DNA of 64,000 bases from a bacterium (GTDB taxonomy: Bacteria; Patescibacteriota; Minisyncoccia; Phycocordibacterales; JAKAEA01): assembly GCA_021818465.1 (NCBI GenBank), contig JAKAEA010000001.1:41972-105971 (forward strand). Direction: 5' to 3'. Of this stretch, positions 36,502-46,403 are shown piece after piece. Position numbers and translations under genes: made by a program. The notes below the pieces were generated by a model. It ran no database searches. It was given only the letters and a program-made list of their open reading frames with translations, and was not told the DNA's origin. The stretch's first letter is position 1, and each line of letters begins with the position of its first letter.

Positions 36502-37557
36502 TTACGCTACCTTGCGCACAATGCAAAACGGGGTCATCTCATCGCTTTGGCCGAGCGGATTGTCACGGAAAAGTTTGCCGACAAAATTTTCTGAAATAGC
36601 CTTTGTAGATTTCCCGAGCGAGAATGCGCCGCGATAGTTTGCGTCAAGAATAACGACGTCACAACCAAGTGAACGCTTAAAACGTCGCGCTTCAGCGGAA
36701 GGTTTGTTGGGAGCCAACTTGGCCGAATGAGCGTATTCCAAAATTAGAAATGACATCGGACAATCAATGGACTTGGCGCGCTTGCCACAAATTCTATAGA
36801 ACAAGCCACGAATACCAAACGGCCGCGTCAGAGCCGAGACGGCAGCAGCAAAAAGCACCCGCAGAATACCTGCCTCCTCAAGAAAGAGCTGCATGGCGAG
36901 CGCTGTGCCATGGCCGAAACCGTGGAAATCGCTGGAGCCATAGTAGTTACCAACTCGGCTACCCAGAAAACGCGCAAGCGCCGTCGGTTTTATATCACTC
37001 ATGCTAACCACTCGGCCTTGCGTAATGGTCAGTGCTTTTTCGCTAATATACACCGTATCACCTGGTTGCAGATACGGCTTCACATATTCTTCTAAAATTG
37101 GCAAGAGATCGGTGTCTTGTGTGGTAATGGTACGCGTGCGCACCGGCAAACGCTGATACTGTTCACCATCCACATCAATTTCAATTTTTTTTCCTGGATT
37201 AGCGATAAATTCGCCTGAAGGTGCACGGGCAATAGTCGGGGGCAACACATCGTCGAGCGATACGTGTTCGCCACGATAGATCGCCAGTAATTTTTCCGCG
37301 GCACGCTGGATAGTGGCACGATCCTGTTTAAACGCCACTCGCGAGCGCAACAACTCTGTCACTTCCATGTATAGAATGTGCGCCTCATCAATGCGCAACT
37401 GAGAAAAAGAAGTTTCCGCAACGAGCGCACCGCTCTCATTCAAGACCTGTACGGCCACCTCGTCATTTTCATGCACCACATACTTGATGACCAACCCTGT
37501 CTTACCCTTCATTTCTTCATAGACTTGCGGCCGCTCTTTAGTTTGCGATTTCGACAT
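36502..37557 (-). CDS. CofE-like (F420:glutamate ligase family) protein with N-terminal extension
   Basis: PVRT..IT, GD.VYISEK...ITQGR, ID, vvILDAN, NPLGQSDE.TP. Confidence 0.75.
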   Translation of the reverse strand: MSKSQTKERPQVYEEMKGKTGLVIKYVVHENDEVAVQVLNESGALVAETSFSQLRIDEAHILYMEVTELLRSRVAFKQDRATIQRAAEKLLAIYRGEHVSLDDVLPPTIARAPSGEFIANPGKKIEIDVDGEQYQRLPVRTRTITTQDTDLLPILEEYVKPYLQPGDTVYISEKALTITQGRVVSMSDIKPTALARFLGSRVGNYYGSSDFHGFGHGTALAMQLFLEEAGILRVLFAAAVSALTRPFGIRGLFYRICGKRAKSIDCPMSFLILEYAHSAKLAPNKPSAEARRFKRSLGCDVVILDANYRGAFSLGKSTKAISENFVGKLFRDNPLGQSDEMTPFCIVRKVA

Positions 37558-37625
37558 GTGATTTTATTTTTAGTTCGTTAGTTTACTTTAGCAGAAAAAC
37601 ACCTATAATCAAAACGCATTCAGCC

Positions 37626-37697
37626 GCCCTCATAGCTCAATGGATAGAGTACAGGCCTCCGAAGCTTGGGATGCGGGTTCGATTCCTGCTGGGGGCA
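37626..37697 (+). tRNA. tRNA-Arg(CCG)
   Basis: GCCCTCATAGCTCAATGGATAGAG; loop CT-CCG-AA. Confidence 0.93.
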
Positions 37698-37780
37698 CAA
37701 CTACTTATTCTGTACTAAAGCAACTAATCCTTGTTACTTTTTTTATAGATTATAGTTTTTTACAAAAAACCACTGTTTCT

Positions 37781-37996
37781 TCAACAGCGGTTTGGAGGTG
37801 GAAGTTCAGAAAACTCTCTTTGACAAGCACTGCATCTGAGCACATGTAACCTAACAAAACGCCTATTGAGCGATAATGTCAGCGAACACATAACGAGACG
37901 TAGTATATTGCTTTTCTTTTTCGCAATATTAGTAATTCTCAAAATTGTTCCTCTTCCACATTGAGGACATGGGATTCTTGTGTCATATTGACTCAT
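37781..37996 (-). CDS. Small zinc-ribbon-like protein
   Basis: CPQCG...RCSAC..EF; AAGGAG RBS. Confidence 0.6.
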   Translation of the reverse strand: MSQYDTRIPCPQCGRGTILRITNIAKKKSNILRLVMCSLTLSLNRRFVRLHVLRCSACQREFSELPPPNRC

Positions 37997-38087
37997 ACAA
38001 AGACTCCTTCTTGTATAAAACGAAATTACACTCTCGCAGAACTATAAACTACTAAAAGATAAATGCAAGATATTATGGTGGCATGAT

Positions 38088-38804
38088 CTAGAGTTCTAAA
38101 ATCATTTTTTCCAAAAGTAGACCGAGATCACCGAGACCACGGTGGGCATCGTGATAAATAGTAAGCATTTGCCGCGAGAGCGTTTGAAGCTCAGTGGCAG
38201 AAAAGTTTCGAGAAAAATTTTTGGCTTTAGTGTACACAAAAGGTTTGAGATTGGCTTCGGTGGAAGACGTACTCGTGGCAGCAAGTATCATTGTTTTAAT
38301 TTGCCAAAACAAAAGACCGTGTAGTTCTTCGGGCACCGCACCATGGGCGAGCTCTTTGGCGTACAGAGCCCACAGTGTTTTTTTATCGCGACTGCCGAGC
38401 GCGTCGGCAAGTGCAAAAGACGGCATGTTTTTTGGGGAACTTTTATCAAGGCGTTCGTGTTCTTCAATTTTCTCGGCATATTTCTCAAACATTTTTAATT
38501 CTGGTTTAAGAATTTTCCCCTCCAAAATAATAAAAATGTTCTGCGAAAGAGCGAGAGCTTCTAGGTTATGTACGACAAGCTCCTTATACTGCGCGTTAGT
38601 AAAAAGTGTATCCAGTACGATAATGCGGCGCGCCACAAAAAGACCTTGGCCGCTGATAAGTTCTTCAAGTTGAACCGCTTGAAAATTATCAACACTGTAA
38701 CGACTAAACGAGACATCGGGTTTTTTAGCAATAAGAGAATCTGCGAGCTGTCGAGCTTTTGTTCTCGCTTTCAGAGTGTCCGAACCATAGATAAGATATA
38801 TCAT
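38088..38804 (-). CDS. holA: DNA polymerase III delta subunit-like protein
   Basis: MIYLIYGSD, GLF..RRI, FALADA; overlaps the polA stop. Confidence 0.8.
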   Translation of the reverse strand: MIYLIYGSDTLKARTKARQLADSLIAKKPDVSFSRYSVDNFQAVQLEELISGQGLFVARRIIVLDTLFTNAQYKELVVHNLEALALSQNIFIILEGKILKPELKMFEKYAEKIEEHERLDKSSPKNMPSFALADALGSRDKKTLWALYAKELAHGAVPEELHGLLFWQIKTMILAATSTSSTEANLKPFVYTKAKNFSRNFSATELQTLSRQMLTIYHDAHRGLGDLGLLLEKMILEL

Positions 38805-41209
38805 AGCGAAAGCTCTTTAAGATCACCCCAATTGGAACCGACGTGACCGTGGGCGAGAATGGGCACGCCCGCCGATTTTTCGCGCGGCAAAATGGTTTGC
38901 ATGATATTTTTAATGTGCGGAGCAACAACAGCAACAAGCGCCTCGGGCATTTCAAAAATAAGTTCATCGTGGACTTGCAGCAATAACGAAACCTTGTCGC
39001 TAAGATTTTGCTCACGTATATATGCATCAATCTGTACCATAGCAAGCTTTATCATATCAGCCTGTGTACCTTGAATAGGCGCATTAATAGCCATTCGCTC
39101 AGCTGCCGCTTTGACATAGGGTATCTTAGAACGAAGGCCTTCGATGTAACGCCGTCGGCCAAAAAGGGTCTCGGTGTAGCCGCGCCGCATAGCATCGGCT
39201 TTACTGCGATCAAGGTAGCCGGCCAAACCTGTGAAAGTGGCGAAGTATTCGCTATAAAAACCTTGGGCCTCGGCACGTGTACCACCAAGTTGAGCACGCA
39301 AAGCATTAATACCCATGCCATAAAGAATGCCGAAGTTGATAACCTTAGCTTTACGGCGCATCTCATGGTCAACTTTTTCAACAGGCACCCGAAATACTTG
39401 TGCGGCAACCTCAGCGTGCACATCGCGGCCACTTTTAAATATATTAATGAGCCGCTCATCACCAGAGACAATAGCGGCGACACGTAATTCTATTTGTGAG
39501 TAATCAAAACTAACAAGCGTATTATTGGGAGCGGCAATAAACGCCGTTCGAATACGTCGGCCGAGCTCAGTTTTAATAGGAATGTTTTGCAGATTCGGAT
39601 CTTGTGAACTCATCCGACCAGTAGTGGTACCCGTCTGCACAAATGTGGTATGCAAACGTCCATCAGTACCGAGTACATGAGGGATGGTGTCTATGTACGT
39701 TGAGAGGAGTTTCTGAAACTCGCGATATTCTAAAATAAGACCGATAATGGGATGCGACTCGCGAAGCTTTGCAAGTTCTGATTCGCGAGTCGAGAGCGCG
39801 CCACTGTCGGTTTTCTTTTGATTTTTAACCCGTAACCCCATTTTTACAAAAAGTAGTTCACCGAGTTGGCGCGGCGAATTAAGATTTAGCTCGCCAATCG
39901 TTGGATCGGCAGCGTGTGCCATTTTTAGAATTTCCGCGCGCAACTTTTCTAACTCAACATGGTATTCGATACTTAATTTTTTTAAATATGCACTGTCGAT
40001 GGCAATGCCCCGTCGACGCATAGCCGCAACAATAGGAATGAGCGGGCGCTCAATATCGTTCCATATTGTTTCCAATGCGCGCTTTTTAAGTTCGGCAAAA
40101 ATTATTTCACGAGCAGTAGTAAACGTTGTGGTTTTTGCAAAGCGCAGTATATCAGCAAGTTCCGGATTAGTGATATTGGAATCAACAAGCCACAGCGCCA
40201 CTGCCGTTTCTTGTACCACTGCAGGATCGACACTCTCCACGGGAACCTTTTCATTTTTGTTTTCAATCGGCGCAGTTCTCAGACCGAGCACTGTCCGCAC
40301 GCGCGCCGGCAAGGTTCGAAACTCCAACTCAGCACAGAGTGCATCAACAGCTCCAAGATCAAGAGCCTCACGCCACAACTTCTCTGGCACAACGAAGCCA
40401 ATGGGCGCATCGCGACGAATAGTCGCCAAAATCTTGGAAAAAAGGGCTTCTTCTTCGCCATTTTGTAACAAAGCAATAACTCGTGCACTCAAACCCGCCT
40501 TTTCAAACACAGAAAAATTCTTCTTAACTAGTGCTTTTTTAAGCACTTTGTACATTTCTTCAATGGCACCAAATTTCTGAATGAGCGTAGTGGCTGTTTT
40601 TTCACCAATACCCTTAATACCAATAATATTATCGGACTGATCACCACAAAGACCTTTGTAATCGGGCAATAATGTGGGCCCAAAACCGAAGCGCTCCTGC
40701 ACCGCTTTTTCGTTGTATGTAACCGTGTCTTTAATACCCTTGCGTAACGTGTAGACACGCACATGGTCGCCATCGACCAATTGCAACGTGTCCATATCGC
40801 CCGAGGCAATAATGATATCCACGTTTTGATTATTCTTTAATTGTTCGCAGATGGTGCCAAGAATATCATCCGCTTCAAAACCGGCTTTATCGTATATTGG
40901 TATGGAAAAAGCCTTAAACACATCACGCGAACGATTTATCTGCGTGGCTAATTCATTGTCAATTTTGGCTCGTCCAGCTTTATAGTCTTTGTAAATTTCG
41001 TGGCGATACGTTGCCTGAGGCAGATCGTAACAAGCAACTATGTAATCCGGCGCCAGATCTTCAACAATTTTTAGAAGCATTGCCACCAAACCATACAGCG
41101 CACCTGTCGGCTCCCCTTTTGATGAAGCAAAATCAGGCAAAGCATGGTACGCCCGATGAATAATGGCATGCGAATCTAATAGTACAAGCCGTTTTTTTAC
41201 CTGCTTCAT
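38801..41209 (-). CDS. polA: DNA polymerase I
   Basis: 5'-3' exonuclease (EADDILGT, GDQSDNI.G), TGRMSS.DPNLQNIP, DYSQIELR, AK.INFG..YG, QVHDEL. Confidence 0.97.
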   Translation of the reverse strand: MKQVKKRLVLLDSHAIIHRAYHALPDFASSKGEPTGALYGLVAMLLKIVEDLAPDYIVACYDLPQATYRHEIYKDYKAGRAKIDNELATQINRSRDVFKAFSIPIYDKAGFEADDILGTICEQLKNNQNVDIIIASGDMDTLQLVDGDHVRVYTLRKGIKDTVTYNEKAVQERFGFGPTLLPDYKGLCGDQSDNIIGIKGIGEKTATTLIQKFGAIEEMYKVLKKALVKKNFSVFEKAGLSARVIALLQNGEEEALFSKILATIRRDAPIGFVVPEKLWREALDLGAVDALCAELEFRTLPARVRTVLGLRTAPIENKNEKVPVESVDPAVVQETAVALWLVDSNITNPELADILRFAKTTTFTTAREIIFAELKKRALETIWNDIERPLIPIVAAMRRRGIAIDSAYLKKLSIEYHVELEKLRAEILKMAHAADPTIGELNLNSPRQLGELLFVKMGLRVKNQKKTDSGALSTRESELAKLRESHPIIGLILEYREFQKLLSTYIDTIPHVLGTDGRLHTTFVQTGTTTGRMSSQDPNLQNIPIKTELGRRIRTAFIAAPNNTLVSFDYSQIELRVAAIVSGDERLINIFKSGRDVHAEVAAQVFRVPVEKVDHEMRRKAKVINFGILYGMGINALRAQLGGTRAEAQGFYSEYFATFTGLAGYLDRSKADAMRRGYTETLFGRRRYIEGLRSKIPYVKAAAERMAINAPIQGTQADMIKLAMVQIDAYIREQNLSDKVSLLLQVHDELIFEMPEALVAVVAPHIKNIMQTILPREKSAGVPILAHGHVGSNWGDLKELSL

Positions 41210-41275
41210 AGCTATCAGTCTACCGCACAATCATTCTTTTATCTAAACCTTATTTTTCTCAAAAGAACCTCGGAG

Positions 41276-41731
41276 CTAGATTCGGGTAAGTAGGCGGATA
41301 GTTGGGGTAATGTGGGTAAAATGGAGACGAAGAGCCGAGGAGGGCATAAGGTTACCAATACGTTCTGGCCATTCTATAAGTACAAGATTAGCGGGATCGG
41401 TAAGTATTTCAGAGAAACCGAGCCTGGTTAGTTCGTGTGGTGATTCTAGACGATAGGCATCGATGTGCACGAGATGTTTAAAATGACTCTTTGTATGAGG
41501 AATTTCGTAATTTTTTTCAATGACAAAAGTAGGGCTCGTGAGAGATTGACGTATACCCAACACCTGAGCAAGCGCTTGGGTAAAGGTGGTCTTGCCTGCA
41601 CCAAGCTCACCCTCAAGACCAACGACTGTCGCTGTGGTGCTTTTCTTAGATTCGAGTATTTTTAAAAAATCAGCAGCCGCAAGCTTTACATCATCAAGAC
41701 TTCGCATTTCCCGTTTTATAAAATCGATCAC
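41276..41731 (-). CDS. tsaE: t6A biosynthesis ATPase TsaE
   Basis: GELGAGKTTF, SPTF, HIDAYRL, IEWPE. Confidence 0.95.
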   Translation of the reverse strand: MIDFIKREMRSLDDVKLAAADFLKILESKKSTTATVVGLEGELGAGKTTFTQALAQVLGIRQSLTSPTFVIEKNYEIPHTKSHFKHLVHIDAYRLESPHELTRLGFSEILTDPANLVLIEWPERIGNLMPSSALRLHFTHITPTIRLLTRI

Positions 41732-41784
41732 AAAGAAAGCATATCACAAAAAACCCATTCATTTTCATCTGGTATAATGGGGTG

Positions 41785-43461
41785 ATGGTTGTTTTTGATG
41801 ATGAAAAGCAGCGAGAAAAACTTCTAGAACTTCGACAAAAAGAAGAAGAAAATCTCGCACAAACAATGGCTGGCCGCTATGGTTTAGATTATGTCGATCT
41901 GACTGTCGCTTCTATCAATATTGACGCTCTTCGTGTAATTAACAAAGAAGATGCTCACGCAGCAAATGTTGCAGCATTTGATATGCTTGATAGAAAATTA
42001 AAAATTGCCATACTCAGCCCTGAAAATCCTAAAACTCAAACTCTTCTGCAATCACTAGAAAGTAAAGGGTATGTTGTTATGCCCTATATGGCTTCTATGG
42101 AAAGCTTACAACGAGTATGGAAACGTTACGACGATCTCTCATACTCCACGCAAACTCATGGCGGTGCTATTGATATCTCTAATGAAAAAATAAATGATCT
42201 TATCACCAGCATCACCCACATAGAAAACGTGCGCGAGCTTATTAGTAAGCTTCTAGCAGAAACCAAGGGGTATCGTATTTCAAGCTTACTGGAAATTATC
42301 CTTTCTGGTGCACTAGCACTCAGCGCTTCCGATATTCATATTGAACCTGGAGAAACAACAGTTACCATTCGCTACCGCCTCGATGGTGTACTAGTTGTTG
42401 TGACAGACATCACCACAAAAGTATATCAACTCCTTTTGTCTCGCATTAAATTGCTTTCAGGAATGAAATTAAATGTCACCACAGCCCAAGATGGGCGTTT
42501 TAGTATTATTGTGACCAATTCAGAAATTGAAATTCGTTCATCCATTTTGCCTTCCAACTACGCCGAGTCTATTGTCATGCGCGTTCTTAATCCCAACTCT
42601 ATTTCCGTACCACTTGAAGAATTAGGAATTCCTCCCAAGCTTTTAAAGCTTTTAGAAAAAGAGATTGCTAAACCAGAAGGTATGATTTTAACCACTGGCC
42701 CAACTGGCTCTGGAAAAACTACAACATTGTATGCTTTTTTAAAAAAAGTATTTACACCCGACATTAAAATCATCACTATTGAAGACCCGGTGGAATACCA
42801 CCTGCCCGGTATTGTGCAAACACAAACCGATGAAGAAAAAGGCTACACATTTTTGGAGGGCCTACGTTCAGCATTGCGCCAGGATCCCGATGTTATTATG
42901 GTTGGTGAAATTCGCGATCAAGAAACAGCAACCATTGCTGTTAATGCTGCGCTCACCGGCCACCTTGTATTTTCAACATTACACACCAATTCCGCCGCTG
43001 GCACTTTTCCACGACTTATCGACTTAAAAGTAAATCCTAAAATAATTACCTCGGCCTTGTCAGTGGCTATGGCCCAACGCCTCGTGCGTAAATTGTGTCC
43101 AGTGTGTAAAAAATCTGTTCCGCTTGAAGGAAAAACGAAAGAACTTGTAGAAAAAATTATAGATTCCATTACCGACTTAACAGATAAGCCTACTATTCCC
43201 GATTCAGTTTTTGAGCCAGTCGGTTGTGATGCGTGCAACAATACTGGCTACGAGGGTCGTATTGGTATATACGAGGCTATTGTTCGCAGTGAGGCAGTAG
43301 AAAAAGCAATTAATCAGAACCCTAGCGATCGAGAAATTTCCCAAGCGGCCATCGGACAAAATATTCTCACGATGCGTCAGGATGGTGTTAAAAAAATATT
43401 AAATGGAATAACGTCGTTAGAAGAAGTCGAGCGAGTTATTGATTTAGAAGAGGAGTGGTAA
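41785..43461 (+). CDS. pilB: Type IV pilus/T2SS assembly ATPase (PilB/GspE)
   Basis: ASDIHIEP, QDGRF, GPTGSGKTTTLY, EDPVE, LRQDPD, HLVFSTLHTN, tetra-Cys motif. Confidence 0.92.
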   Translation: MVVFDDEKQREKLLELRQKEEENLAQTMAGRYGLDYVDLTVASINIDALRVINKEDAHAANVAAFDMLDRKLKIAILSPENPKTQTLLQSLESKGYVVMPYMASMESLQRVWKRYDDLSYSTQTHGGAIDISNEKINDLITSITHIENVRELISKLLAETKGYRISSLLEIILSGALALSASDIHIEPGETTVTIRYRLDGVLVVVTDITTKVYQLLLSRIKLLSGMKLNVTTAQDGRFSIIVTNSEIEIRSSILPSNYAESIVMRVLNPNSISVPLEELGIPPKLLKLLEKEIAKPEGMILTTGPTGSGKTTTLYAFLKKVFTPDIKIITIEDPVEYHLPGIVQTQTDEEKGYTFLEGLRSALRQDPDVIMVGEIRDQETATIAVNAALTGHLVFSTLHTNSAAGTFPRLIDLKVNPKIITSALSVAMAQRLVRKLCPVCKKSVPLEGKTKELVEKIIDSITDLTDKPTIPDSVFEPVGCDACNNTGYEGRIGIYEAIVRSEAVEKAINQNPSDREISQAAIGQNILTMRQDGVKKILNGITSLEEVERVIDLEEEW

Positions 43462-43479
43462 ATAAAAAATAAATAATAT

Positions 43480-43638
43480 ATGAGTACAAAATCTTTTATT
43501 TGGCTGGGACTTATGGTTTTTTCAACTATTGGGGGATTCCTGCCATTTTTGTGGGGTGGTGGTATGTTTTCTTCTATTATATTTAGTACTATCGGTGGTA
43601 TTTTTGGTATCTGGCTTGGTTATAAAATTAGCCAGTAA
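43480..43638 (+). CDS. Small Gly-rich membrane protein (52 aa, not in the ORF track)
   Basis: MSTKSFIWLGLMVFSTIGG...STIGGIFGIWLGYKISQ. Confidence 0.65.
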   Translation: MSTKSFIWLGLMVFSTIGGFLPFLWGGGMFSSIIFSTIGGIFGIWLGYKISQ

Positions 43639-43722
43639 ACACTTGACTTGCTTGACACCACCAACAAACTCTCCCCTAACAAAAAAACATATTGCCACCA
43701 TTTAAGAAAAGAGTACGATAGA

Positions 43723-43944
43723 TAGTAAGAGATTCGACAGTGTTTTCCGACGAATCCACTGCACGAATCTCTAGACAAGACTTTTAACACGCACGCTAAA
43801 AGTGAAGTGAATTCCTAAGGAAAGCGACAGTAAAACGCCTAAAGGCGTTAACCAGCACCCCCTCGCGAAAACACCCTGAAGCCCCAAAGAGGCCTTTGTC
43901 TAGAGATTCCCGAAGTGGAAGCGAGACACTACAGAATATTACTA
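43723..43944 (+). ncRNA. Candidate structured ncRNA (possibly 6S-like)
   Basis: Nested long-range pairing including the 14-bp GAATCTCTAGACAA/TTGTCTAGAGATTC; TTGCCA-N16-TACGAT upstream. Confidence 0.5.
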
Positions 43945-44014
43945 GTACGATGGAAATCCTATAAATGTTCTTTTGTGTTGGAACTAGATACAATCCTAGC
44001 ACAAAATAATTTTT

Positions 44015-45043
44015 ATGTCAACACCCCCCACCACTGAGCAAAAAGCTGCCGAGGAAACAGTAGAAAATACTGCTTTTTTGGATGCTACTCTACGACCAAG
44101 TCAGTGGGATGATTATATTGGTCAAAAAACAACAAAAGAAAATTTAAAAATATTACTGCAGGCCGCTGTGGAGCGAGGTCATGTTCCAGAACACATTCTT
44201 TTTTACGGGCCACCTGGTTTAGGCAAAACAACCTTAGCATACCTAATCGCCAAAGAACTTTCAGCCCAAATTAAAGTGACATCAGGACCAGCAATTGAGA
44301 AGGTCGCTGATCTTGCCTCAATTCTTACTAATCTTAGCGCTGGCGATATTCTTTTTATTGATGAAATACACCGCTTAAATAAAACCGTTGAGGAGGTTTT
44401 ATATCCAGCAATGGAATCCGGCTCATTAGATATTCTTATTGGTAAGGGGCCATCAGCACGAACTGTACAATTACCCCTAGCACCCTTCACACTCATTGGT
44501 GCCACCACCCGTATTGCCCTTCTCTCTTCACCACTTCGCTCCCGGTTTTCTGGGGGTGTATTTCGATTAGAATTTTACTCTACAGATGAGCTGACAGAGA
44601 TAGTACGTCGTTCGGCAACCACACTAGGAATAGCCTTGGAAAACGATGCGGCATTTGCCATTGCCGAACGAAGTCGTTTTACTCCTCGCACCGCCAACCA
44701 CCTCTTAAAACGCGTTCGGGATTACGCGCAAGTAGAGCGACGCGAAGTTGATGCTGATACCGTAGCAAAAGCACTCACTTTACTAGGTATTGATGCTATA
44801 GGCCTCAACCCTTCCGATCGTTCTGTTTTAGAGACCATTATAAAAAAATATAACGGTGGACCAGTTGGATTAGAAACCATTGCAACTTCACTTTCAGAAG
44901 AAGAAGCAACTATAGAAGAATTTAATGAGCCATACTTGCTGCAAATTGGCATGATAGAACGCACGCCGCGCGGTCGCACAGCAACCGAAAATGCTTATCA
45001 TCATCTCAACTTGAAAAAACCACAAAATAATTTAGGATTATAA
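44015..45043 (+). CDS. ruvB: Holliday junction helicase RuvB
   Basis: LRP..YIGQ, GPPGLGKTTLA, FIDEIHRL, EPYL.Q.G..RTPRGR. Confidence 0.97.
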   Translation: MSTPPTTEQKAAEETVENTAFLDATLRPSQWDDYIGQKTTKENLKILLQAAVERGHVPEHILFYGPPGLGKTTLAYLIAKELSAQIKVTSGPAIEKVADLASILTNLSAGDILFIDEIHRLNKTVEEVLYPAMESGSLDILIGKGPSARTVQLPLAPFTLIGATTRIALLSSPLRSRFSGGVFRLEFYSTDELTEIVRRSATTLGIALENDAAFAIAERSRFTPRTANHLLKRVRDYAQVERREVDADTVAKALTLLGIDAIGLNPSDRSVLETIIKKYNGGPVGLETIATSLSEEEATIEEFNEPYLLQIGMIERTPRGRTATENAYHHLNLKKPQNNLGL

Positions 45044-45047
45044 GAAC

Positions 45048-45590
45048 ATGTCTGGACACAATAAATGGTCAAAAATAAAGCGACAGAAAGGCGCTGAAGA
45101 TGCGGCTAAGAGTAAACTGTTTGGAAAACTGGTGCGCGCCATTACAGTTGAAGCAAAAAAATCAGGCATCAACACTATAACCAAAGGTTCTCCTCTCTCA
45201 CCTGGTTTGGAAACGGCCATTCGTAAAGCTCGTGAAGCAAATATGCCTAATGACACAATAGAACGTGCTATAAAAAAATCGTCCGAGGGTGCTGCTATGG
45301 AAACCATAACATACGAATCATATGGCCCGGGTGGTTCGGCGCTTGTTATTGAAGCATTAACTAGTAATCGCAATAAAGCCGCTCAAGAAATTAAAGCTAT
45401 TCTTGCAAAACACGGGTTAGCTTTAGCCGCCCCAGGGTCGGCAACGTGGGCTTTTTCTAAAAATGCCGACGGCTGGACTGCTCAAACTCCAGTAGCTATA
45501 AACGAAGAGGACGGAGAAAAACTCAGTCAGCTTATAGATGAATTAGAGAGCAACGACGAAGTCCAGGAAGTATTTACCAACGCTGAATAA
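45048..45590 (+). CDS. yebC: YebC/PmpR family protein (short form)
   Basis: MSGHNKWSKIKRQK, NMP.D.IERAI, YE.YGPGG, DEVQEVFTN. Confidence 0.93.
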   Translation: MSGHNKWSKIKRQKGAEDAAKSKLFGKLVRAITVEAKKSGINTITKGSPLSPGLETAIRKAREANMPNDTIERAIKKSSEGAAMETITYESYGPGGSALVIEALTSNRNKAAQEIKAILAKHGLALAAPGSATWAFSKNADGWTAQTPVAINEEDGEKLSQLIDELESNDEVQEVFTNAE

Positions 45591-46075
45591 TGAGGATATT
45601 TGCCATCGATCCAGGATATGATCGTCTCGGCATCGCCATCATGGAAAGTGGTCGACCTGAAATAGTCCTTTATTCTGATTGTTTTCAAACATCAAAAAAA
45701 ATTTCTCATCCGGCGCGACTAGGGGCAATACAAAAAGAAATAGAAAAACTTTTGAATGAATTTTCTCCTGATAGCGTAGCCACGGAAACACTCTTTTTTA
45801 GTAAAAACCGAAAGACTGCTCTAGCTGTCGCTGAGGTTCGAGGAGTAATTTTGGCTTTAGCACACAATCGCGGACTACCTATTTTCGAGTATCCACCAGT
45901 ACAAATAAAAACTGCGGTCACAGGCTACGGAGCGAGTGATAAAAAACAGGTGGCCCAATTGGTACATAAACTTGTACGAATATCTAAAAAACCACAATAC
46001 GACGATGAATATGATGCTATAGCTATAGGTATTACTTTTTTTGCTCGAGAACGTTTTTCCACAGCTCGCATATAA
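45590..46075 (+). CDS. ruvC: Holliday junction resolvase RuvC
   Basis: IDPGY, E.LFF.KN, IK.AVTGYG...K.QV, DD..DAIAI. Confidence 0.95.
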   Translation: MRIFAIDPGYDRLGIAIMESGRPEIVLYSDCFQTSKKISHPARLGAIQKEIEKLLNEFSPDSVATETLFFSKNRKTALAVAEVRGVILALAHNRGLPIFEYPPVQIKTAVTGYGASDKKQVAQLVHKLVRISKKPQYDDEYDAIAIGITFFARERFSTARI

Positions 46076-46145
46076 TTGAATTGCAAAATTTCTAAGCTTT
46101 TGATACAAATGAGCCAATTATCAATGATAATTTTATAGTGATTCT

Positions 46146-46388
46146 ATGAGTGATAAAAAGAAAAATAACCATCTAAACGAGGATGAAAATGATAACGATA
46201 TTGGTTTTCGCGATCCTGGACACCACAATGATCACAACAACTCCACAAACGAAGAAGAGGTAGATGATGAATTACCCCACCCTCACAATGAAGACAGTGA
46301 TGAAGAAGATACTGAGGAAGACGATTTTGACGACGAAGAACAAGGGTGGCACACCTTCGACATGGACAATCTTGACGAAAGCTTATAA
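46146..46388 (+). CDS. Small highly acidic low-complexity protein
   Basis: D/E/N/H-rich 80-aa ORF filling the ruvC-tyrS gap. Confidence 0.55.
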   Translation: MSDKKKNNHLNEDENDNDIGFRDPGHHNDHNNSTNEEEVDDELPHPHNEDSDEEDTEEDDFDDEEQGWHTFDMDNLDESL

Positions 46389-46403
46389 AAAATTAAAAAA
46401 CCT

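Noticed and set aside
38859-40809. Many antisense and alternative ORFs within polA, and similar ones in other core genes
   Set aside because: Shadow frames of well-recognised genes.
43723-43944. tmRNA or RNase P RNA
   Set aside because: It contains GATTCGAC and AGGAAAG, but lacks the GGGG 5' end, T-arm/CCA 3' end and the P4 consensus.
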